A stretch of 64,000 bases of DNA from Octopus sinensis (lineage: Eukaryota). The translations under genes were made by a program, and so were the position numbers. Below are positions 54,981-64,000 of the stretch, piece after piece. Under the pieces are notes generated by a model. It was not told the origin of the DNA and searched no databases. It saw nothing but the letters and a program-made list of their open reading frames with translations. The stretch lies in NCBI RefSeq assembly GCF_006345805.1, contig NC_042998.1, positions 77,438,001-77,502,000 on the forward strand, read 5' to 3'. Each line of letters begins with the position of its first letter. Position 1 is the stretch's first letter.

Positions 54981-57192
54981 TATACACTTATAAACACTGA
55001 CAGATGGGACGAGATAGAGTGATTGAGATACGGATGATTATAAAGTAATGGATGTATACATTTATACATATATATGTGTGTATGTATAATCTAACTTTAC
55101 TCACGGTTTCTGGTAATCCTATGATATAATATCCGAAACAGTGTATGATATTCCAAAGTTTAAATTATTTTTAGTGCATGTCAATACAATAGCATCCAGA
55201 AGAATAAGAAGGCAACGTCTAGAATCTGTAGATTTCAATTGACAAATAGCTAAGGTTCAATCTCCAAGTAGACACATACACTCATATATATACATATATA
55301 TGTGTATATGCGCTTGTGTGTGATTGATACGTTTGTATATAAGTATATATGCAGTTATATAAATATTTATCTATCTATATCTATATATATGTATATATAT
55401 ATATTTATACATTTATATATATATTTATATATACGTACATTTGTCTGTGTGTATGTGTGTGTATGTATCTCTGTGTGTGCCTGTATGTGTTTTAACGTGC
55501 CTGTTTTATTGTCATGCCTATTTGCAGTTATTTATATATCGAGCAATGACAAAAGTACATGCTTGTGTTCAACCAATATCATACATGTGCTAGTAGGCGT
55601 CCAAAGAAGTTTTTGTATGCACAAGCTAAGTCTTGCATGCATATGAATATATTACTTAAAGTACACCGTGTTTATTGGGAGATCCTATGGGAAATCTTTG
55701 CATTATATTTTTGACGAATATATTTATGGTAATGTTAGAAAGTATGCATGAATATTGAAAGACGACGGTTCCCCATAAAAGTGTGCAATACAGCGGTTTT
55801 CATTAGCTTTGGAGTATACATGCATGTTTGTGTAGCAAGGCCTTGTAAATGTTTGCTCGTAGTTGGTTATGCAGGCATACATAAATGCTTACGCCTGCGT
55901 GCACAGAAAATTGTGTTGGATAGGTATATATATGCCTCATGAGGCCGAGTTTCAATCTTTTAAGCGAAATATTTTTTTATCGAGTGTGCTACATAGATAA
56001 TTAGAAACTAGTTAGGGTTATATAAAGAAAATAATCAGAAAAGATAAATATGCAATGCGTCCATAAATGGAATTTATGTGTGTGTGTGTAAGAGAGTGTT
56101 TTTGTACATATACATATATATATATGCGCGTGTGTACGTGTATGTATAATATATATATATGTGTGTATGCATTAATGAATTTATAGGTAGGAACCTCATA
56201 TATATGAATTAGTATGTATTTAAATATACATAACATATAAAATCTATACATGCACATATACACTTATATTCACACACATTACATGCATAAATGGATATGT
56301 ATATAACTATATATCTATCTCTCTGTATATACATACACACACCTATCTACATCCATGTGTATATATATATATATGAGGATGGGTGCTGAAAAGTTCCTGG
56401 CTTTAAGGGTATCACGAAAGGTCTGCTTAGAAATCCACCCTTCTGCGTTTTTCTACAGGATTATTATTGTTGTTATTATTATACCTTTGCACCTTTCGGA
56501 TTGGGTAAAATAGTACAGAATTCCTTGCAGTAATTTGTTACGTGATACTTTATGTGGGGTCGAATCTTGTCAGATTTCACTTTATTTTCCATTATTATGT
56601 GACGAATAAAAACCTAAACTTACCAATCACTAGGGTGGATACGGCACTCTGAACTACACGTTTCAACTTCTAACTTGGATATCAACCTAATTTTGACTAC
56701 CATGTGCAAAGAAGAAAAATACAGTATTACAAATACAAAACTGTAACTGTCATTGCATATCTGATGACTATAAATTTCTGTATTTCTTGCTGTATTGATA
56801 TAGCAAGAATATTCTGTCAAATAACTTCCAAATATATCGTTGCTCTGCTGATCTACATACAAAAAAAGTACGTATGAAGATAAGATATGTGCTTTAGGGT
56901 GGTATGTGTTTTGTATGTTTGTGTGTTTATTTCTTTTTCAATATGTGCGTATAAAAAGTAATGTGCCGCCTTAGCATATATTTAGGCCTTGTCATTGTAC
57001 AGTCAGAACGTTAAGTTTTTGTATGATAAACAACAAACAATTGCAATTAATTCGTTGATACCAAAAAGGAATATCTATGATGCTTGTTATGCAACGAAAT
57101 ATACATGAATAAGTATGTAAATAAATGCATGCAGACTCACAGGTATACTCGCACATATATACATGTATTATGGATACTATACATAACATATA

Positions 57193-57233
<41 letters not shown>

Positions 57234-57237
<4 letters not shown>

Positions 57238-57283
57238 TACATGTACCTACACTTAGATAGATAGATCTATATATATACATATA

Positions 57284-57334
<51 letters not shown>

Positions 57335-57391
57335 CACATATATATATGTATATATAAGATCTATCTATCTAAGTGTAGGTACATGTATGCA
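57234..57391. repeat. Palindrome centred on (TA)n
   Basis: tgcatacatgtacctacacttagatagatagatct at 57234 and its reverse complement ending at 57391. Confidence 0.9.
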
Positions 57392-57398
57392 TATATAT

Positions 57399-57440
<42 letters not shown>

Positions 57441-57556
57441 TATATATATATATCTATATGTATTATTATAAATAAATCAAATATATCTATATATATATAT
57501 ACAAACGTCTATATATCTATAGCTACCTAATCTGTGCAACCTACCTATCTATCTGC

Positions 57557-57588
<32 letters not shown>

Positions 57589-57649
57589 ATCTATATCTAT
57601 ATATATGATATATATATATATATATATATATACTATATATATATACTAT

Positions 57650-57779
57650 ATTGGGCGATAGTCTGTTTGAGAAATAAACGTTAACTTGGAAGTCAAGAGA
57701 ATTTGTCAAGAGCTGCTACGAATCTAATTACGCTGAATTAATATTGGAATATTGAAGAGAGCAAATAAAAGGAGAGAAA

Positions 57780-57810
<31 letters not shown>

Positions 57811-57816
57811 TGTATG

Positions 57817-57856
<40 letters not shown>

Positions 57857-58055
57857 CATCTATCTATCTATCTAGCTATCTATCTATGTATGTGTGAGAT
57901 TTAAGTAAAGCAAAACGTTGCTAAGCTTGCGACTTAAACATTAAGCACACAGAAAACTTAAATGAAATTTAAAATAATACAGCGGCACTCAAATAAATTT
58001 TGTGAACCATTTCATGATATATCAATATCTTCATCTATCTATCTATGTGTATGTA

Positions 58056-58088
<33 letters not shown>

Positions 58089-58266
58089 CATACACATAGA
58101 TAGATAGATGAAGATATTGATATATCATGAAATGGTTCACAAAATTATTTGAGTGCCGCTTATTATTTTTAAATTTCATTTAAGTTTTCTGTGTGCTTAA
58201 TGTTTAAGTCGCAAGCTTAGCAACGTTTTGCTTTACTTAAATCTCACACATACATAGATAGATAGC

Positions 58267-58300
<34 letters not shown>

Positions 58301-58330
58301 CATACATACATACATACATACATACATACA

Positions 58331-58361
<31 letters not shown>

Positions 58362-58491
58362 TTTCTCTTCTTTTATTTGCTCTCTTCAATATTCCAATAT
58401 TAATTCAGCGTAATTAGATTCGTAGCAGCTCTTGACAAATTCTCTTGACTTCCAAGTTAACGTTTATTTCTCAAACAGACTATCGCCCAAT
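57650..58491. repeat. ~840-bp near-perfect palindrome centred on (TA)n
   Basis: The arms differ mainly in microsatellite length, one or two small indels and a substitution. Confidence 0.95.
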
Positions 58492-58749
58492 CCGATCACA
58501 CGCATACAAACGCTCTCTCTGTCTCTACAATCCCTCCTGTTCGTCTCTCTCTGTCTCTCTCTCTTATTCTTTCTAGTACCCCTCCCACCCACACATACAT
58601 ACTCGCACACGCACAAACAACACATTCATAAACAACACACACGTGTTCAAAGTACGTGGACTGGTTTTATAATTTCGTGTTTACTTGTTACACGTTGCAG
58701 TTGGTGTTGGAGTTATTAGTGTTTGTTTTCCTAGTTGTTTATATGATTA

Positions 58750-59505
58750 ATAATATTGAAAATATTGATATTTGTCACATATTGTGCTTTGTTGTATGTT
58801 AATTAATGTTATAAAAGCTTCAAAACTTTGGTTTTCTGGCTTCAAAATTCTGATAATACGAGGGTGTGTGTCAGATTTGATGTTTGAACCAATATCTTTT
58901 AAATAAAGCCTCATACTTCTCGGGGTCGATTCTCTACGATATGCACAATCCACGTTTGTTACTTGAAAATCATCATTGTCATCAACATTCTTATCTTAAT
59001 CATTATTTCCGTCTTGAGAAGCATCTTCATCCGTATTATTAACATAGTTCGTTATTTTTGAGGCTGTCCTCTTGGATTTATGAAGAGGACCGAGCGAATG
59101 TATAAGTATATGTAATCTATTCCGTCGCATTTCAAATATGTTGGTCAATAAACTAAAAGAGTAGAATCGATTCAAACGTCTGCACATTCTCCTCTCACAA
59201 ATGCAAGTTCTTGTGCCGAACTATGAAATATTTCTTCGTGTCACTGTGATAGCAGCGTTGAGAACGTACGCCTTGTAATCTTATAAAATGCTCTCAGTTT
59301 CACTTCTTTTACGGAAAGAAGAAATATAACTTCACATTGCAGTAAGGCGTGATTGTTATATCGTAGGACATCCCGGCTATTTTCATCCTCTGACATAATG
59401 TTCAGCCTTTGATTGCAAGTTAAGAACTTATTTTTATTCACCCGAAAGAATCTGTGTATGTCATCATATTTGCCAGAAAATAATAAATTCGCAATTTTCT
59501 GCATC
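58750..59505 (-). mobile_element. Probable Helitron RepHel N-terminal fragment
   Basis: IANLLFSG..IHRFFR..NKF, VLRYN, LHILIHSLGP and VDCAYRRES resemble the region of Helitron proteins upstream of the Rep motifs; broken by stops. The assignment is from memory of the family. Confidence 0.5.
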
Positions 59506-59730
59506 TAAATATCCCAGCCCTAATCATTTTTCTCCATTTGCACACATACACACATACGCTAAATATTATTGTTTATTATTTTTATAGTACGTTTACTACA
59601 CTTCGCCATTTTCATTCATTGCACCGCCACAAAAGATCTACTTTTTAAAATTTTACTATGACCGGTATTTAAGGAAATTGTAGCCAACAAAATAATAACA
59701 ATAACAATGACGATAACTGATTATTATTAA

Positions 59731-59800
<70 letters not shown>

Positions 59801-60578
59801 GGATCTATCAACGATGAAGCGTTAAGAGCTAAAAAGAAAAAAGAAAAGAAATCCGATAAGAGTCAACTTTTGAAGAGAATTTTATGAAGAAATAACGAAG
59901 GAAAGAATGATTGAATGTTTAAATGAAAGAGGGGAGGAAGGAAAGAAAAAGGAATGATGAATGAAAGATGGGCGGAGAGAGCAGAAAAGAAAGCGGTCGA
60001 TATTTGCATGAAGACAGGCAGGCATGCAGATGAACAGACATATAGATGGGCGCAAAAGCAAGCATCTATTTAGTGAGGCATGCAACTACAATACTGTTCA
60101 AAAGTATGGGGTCCCATGAAACAGACACACGTACAAACTGTTTCAAAATAGAGAATACTTGACTCCACCTACTACTTACTCTCCATATTTAAATCTCTTT
60201 TCTCTGTAGAAACTTGTTCTCTCTACCTTCTCATCCTCCCTTCTCTCTCTCTCTCTGCCTCGATAATATTCTCTCCCTCTCCCTCTCTATCTATCTTTCT
60301 CTCCATTCGTTTATATTTGGCTACTTTCCTTGCCATACTATCTCTGATTCTAGATTAACTACATTCTTCTAAGATAAACTGGACTCTGTATATCGGCTTA
60401 AATGCGAAAATCACATGGAGTAAAAAGTAAGAAATCATGATACATCGGTGTATACATAAACACATACATGCACACATACACACTCACAAACATTTATATG
60501 TATGCATGTATGAATGTTTGCACGCATTTATACATCAAAAAGCGTATAAAGTATCTATCTAACAGTCCAATACATCCT

Positions 60579-60656
<78 letters not shown>

Positions 60657-61083
60657 GATCGATAGATCAATCTATCTATCGCTCTGTCTGTCTACCTGTC
60701 TGCCGGTATGTCTTCCTGTCCATCTGTCTATGTATCTGTCTGTCTGTCTCTCTGTATCTGTCAGTCAGTGTGTGTGCGTGTGTGTATGCGTATGAGTGTG
60801 TTTTTGTGCGTATGTGTCTCTGTGTGTGTATGTTGTTTTTACTTGTATCAGTCCCTGGATTTTGGGCATTTTAGTGCATTAGTTTGAAGTCATTAGTCGA
60901 ATAAATCGGCTCCCAGTATTTATTTTCATTATGAGCTTGGCACCTATTTTGTATTACTTTCAAGCCCGGTTCCTATTTTGTATTTCTCACTTGCTGCCGA
61001 ACTGCGACGTTGGACGGGGATATAAACAATCCAACGACAATTATCAAGGGTGGTGGGACAAATTCAAACGTAGAGACACGCAT

Positions 61084-61114
<31 letters not shown>

Positions 61115-61177
61115 TGATAGAAAAGAATGAAAGAGACCTCGATATTATGTAAATAGAAATATTTATTCGGTAGCCAT

Positions 61178-61238
61178 GATAAAACTCGGAGTTTCGGATG
61201 TCGGGGTGGAAATCCACACCGCCATCTCTTCAGTTATC
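61178..61238 (-). ncRNA. Type I hammerhead ribozyme motif with extended stem II
   Basis: gataa CTGAAGA gatg-g-cgg-t-gtgg attt ccac-c-ccg-a-catc c GAAA ctc c gag TT ttatc. Confidence 0.75.
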
Positions 61239-61262
61239 CGGCCATCGAAAAAAATGCTATGA

Positions 61263-61522
61263 AAATGATCGTTAAACAACGGGAAGTTACTGTGTGGTTG
61301 ACCGTTATTAAGACAAAAGAGCTATTTGAATGACCGCTACGGAGGGGAGGGAGTAAAAGTAAGGGGGTAAAAATATTCATAATAATCGCGTAAGCGCGCA
61401 TGTCCGTACCTACATATGCACGCCCGCACACCCACCTACATGCGCCTATAAGTATACACTCAAGCACCCTTACTTGAAACGTACACATTCTCACCCACTC
61501 CATTCGCCAATATATATATATA

Positions 61523-61589
<67 letters not shown>

Positions 61590-61799
61590 GATCTTAGACC
61601 TTAGCCAAGTGTAGCCCCACACCAACGAAGTGCAAATGCGGTCTTTGTGATATGGAGAAATGGCTCATCTGGAAAAGCAGCTTAGGCTCCGCTTTTACCC
61701 CCTTACTTTTACTCCCTACCCTCACTTAGCGGTCATTCAAATAGCTTTTGTCTTAACGGTCAATCACACAGTAATTTCCCTTTGTTTAACGGTCATTTC
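61263..61799. repeat. Inverted repeat with ~108-bp arms (61263-61372, 61693-61799)
   Basis: ttgaatgaccgcta...gggagtaaaagtaagggggtaaaa versus ttttacccccttacttttactccc...tagcggtcattcaa. Confidence 0.9.
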
Positions 61800-62010
61800 A
61801 CGTTGCTCCAGTTAACTCATCTGTTGAAATGAGTTGTGACATCACTGGTGTCAAGCTGCATCGGCCTTTGCCTTTCCCTTGGATAACATCAGTGGTGTGG
61901 AGAGGGGAGGCTGGTTATGCATGGGCGACAAACAATCTTGCCCTGACTTGTGCCTCGGAGGGTAACTTTCTAGGTGCAATCCCATGGTCATTCATGACCG
62001 AAGGGGGTCT
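61800..62010 (+). mobile_element. SINE family C 3' part
   Basis: Reverse-complement match to 21770-21990. Confidence 0.85.
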
Positions 62011-62038
62011 GCTCCTAATATATATATATATATATTTG

Positions 62039-62122
62039 TAATCAAAATAAGCAACAAGAATAACTTCGGTAATTTGGAAGTTACCAAATTACCGAAGTTA
62101 TTCTTGTTGCTTATTTTGATTA
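62039..62122. repeat. Perfect hairpin, 39-bp arms, 6-nt loop
   Basis: taatcaaaataagcaacaagaataacttcggtaatttgg aagtta ccaaattaccgaagttattcttgttgcttattttgatta. Confidence 0.95.
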
Positions 62123-62215
62123 TAACCACCCCATGGATTTATATGGTAACACCATACAAAATTCTGGTGCATCTAACTTCAGTACCATATTCATTCTAAT
62201 CTAAATTTTGATGAA

Positions 62216-62259
<44 letters not shown>

Positions 62260-62265
<6 letters not shown>

Positions 62266-62640
62266 GAAAAAACATTATTATGCAATGCAAACAATGATAG
62301 ACAATAAAGCAAATCATAAATAAAAATAAAAAATATCTTTTGAAACATATAACTAGATTACTAAAAATTACAAAAATGAATAAACAATATATAATAAGTA
62401 TATAATAAGTAATAAGTAAAAAAACATATATTGTTTATTCATTTTTGTACTTTTTGTGATCTAGTTATATGTTTTAAGAAATATATTTTATTTTTTGTTT
62501 ATAATTTGCTTTATGTCTATCATTGTTTGAATTGCATAATAGTGGTTTTTCTCTAATTTATGTATTATATATTTATATTGTGAAATTGTTTTTAATACTA
62601 AATTGATTTTTTCCAGTAAGTTTGGATTTATATTCCCTAT
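62260..62640. repeat. Diverged fold-back of the same LTR-like family as 2912-3170
   Basis: Arms ~62260-62395 and ~62430-62565; 62480-62640 aligns with 3010-3170. Confidence 0.8.
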
Positions 62641-62651
62641 TATTATTATTA

Positions 62652-62698
<47 letters not shown>

Positions 62699-62699
62699 T

Positions 62700-63796
62700 G
62701 TTCAGTAGTTTTATTTTTATAGCGTGCTTTCACTTCACTACCGAGCGCAGCTCTGTGTGCCTTGGGTATGTGCTGTGATTTGTTGTGATGCTCTGATTGT
62801 TATTTAATGGAAAGTGTTCTGCGTAGGATGTGTGCAGTGCCTAGTAGTGCAATTTTCTGTATGTTATATGTGTTTGTAAGTCCTGGTGTTTTTGTTATGT
62901 ATTTGTCTGAATATTTTTTTTTATCATGCCTAATGCACCTACTATGATAGGAATTGTTTCTGTTTTCAGGTTCCACATTCTAGTTATCTCTATTTCCAGG
63001 TCTTTGTATTTTGAGAGTTTCTCCATTTCTTTTAGAGACACGTCGTCATCTGCCGGTATTGATACATCAAGTAGAAAGCATTTTTTTTCTTCATGATCTC
63101 TGACAACTATATCTGGTCTGTTGGCCTTAATTTCTCTATCTGTGTGTATCGGCATATCCCAGAGTATGGTTGCTTTCTCGTTTTCTATGACCTTTTCTGG
63201 TGTGTGCCTATACCATCTTTTTTCTGTTGTTATTCCATAATGTTGGCATAGCTTCCAATGTATGTAGGTTCCAACTCTGTCATGTCTGTGAATATATTCT
63301 TCTTAGCAGGACTGGGCAGCTAGAGATAATATGATTATTGTTTCTTGTCCATCTCCAAATATCTGCAGTTACTTGTTGTAATATTTCTTTTCATTACATG
63401 TTTTTGGTAATTTCTGGTGGGGAGGCTTTGGTTTGTGCTGCAATTAAAAATCCCTCTGTTTCTGCTTTGAGTCCTGAGTTTCTCAACCATTGCTGGGATT
63501 TTTCTTTGTCTATTTCTTTTGCGTTAGTTTAGTGCAGTATTTACCATGAAGGGGCTTTTCTTGCCATCGTTTTATCATGGCTCGTTGCTGTTCTTTTTAG
63601 TTTGGATTTCATTTGTTTTATAGCTTTTGTTGTTTCTCATCATCTTCTTCTTCTTCTTTGTGTTTATTAGGTGGTATGGTTTCTTGTTTGTATTGTCAGC
63701 TTCCTTAAATACTGAGAACAGTTTTTTGTTTTGCTCGTGTTTTGCTGCTATCTGGATCAGTTTTCCTTCCTTCTGAAGTAGGTATTTTGCAGTCCT
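62700..63796 (-). mobile_element. Relatively young, 5'-truncated R4/Dong-like LINE (CCHC plus RLE endonuclease) within a (TAA)n array
   Basis: CRICGDGQETINHIISSCPVL..HRHDRVG and NRPDIVVRD..CFLLDVSIP..KLSKYKDL (PD-D-K RLE); (TTA)n on both flanks. Confidence 0.9.
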
Positions 63797-63828
63797 ATTA
63801 TTATTATTATATTATTATAGTATTATTA

Positions 63829-63863
<35 letters not shown>

Positions 63864-63869
63864 TAGTAT

Positions 63870-63941
<72 letters not shown>

Positions 63942-64000
63942 GCATGCAAAACATGCACACATGCACGTACACGTGTATACAACATGCGCTCATATACGCT

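Overview
AT-rich eukaryotic genomic DNA dense in microsatellites ((TA)n, (CA)n, (TATG)n, (TATC)n, (TAA)n), with one 100-N scaffold gap at 47067-47166. The SINE and transposon repertoire resembles a coleoid cephalopod, probably Octopus; this is an inference from recalled repeat sequences and was not database-checked. No intact host protein-coding gene could be recognised, and most ORFs in the supplied track are microsatellite read-throughs. The window is a graveyard of decayed mobile elements: two R4/Dong-like RLE LINEs, two Penelope-like GIY-YIG fragments, a MULE with TIRs, Tc1, mariner, pogo/Tigger, a CMC/Chapaev-like transposase, Helitron fragments and termini, and three SINE families. The most notable unannotated structure is at RNA level. 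There are four near-canonical minimal type I hammerhead ribozyme motifs (33887-33967, 46841-46878, 48977-49040, 61178-61238) and a three-copy family with a consistently altered core (CUGUYGA). They sit in short ORF-less LTR-like units that recur as fold-back inverted repeats, which suggests non-autonomous Penelope/retrozyme-like elements. Also notable are a fold-back element enclosing TTAGGG-like repeats, (TA)n-centred palindromes, and RLE LINEs bracketed by microsatellites.
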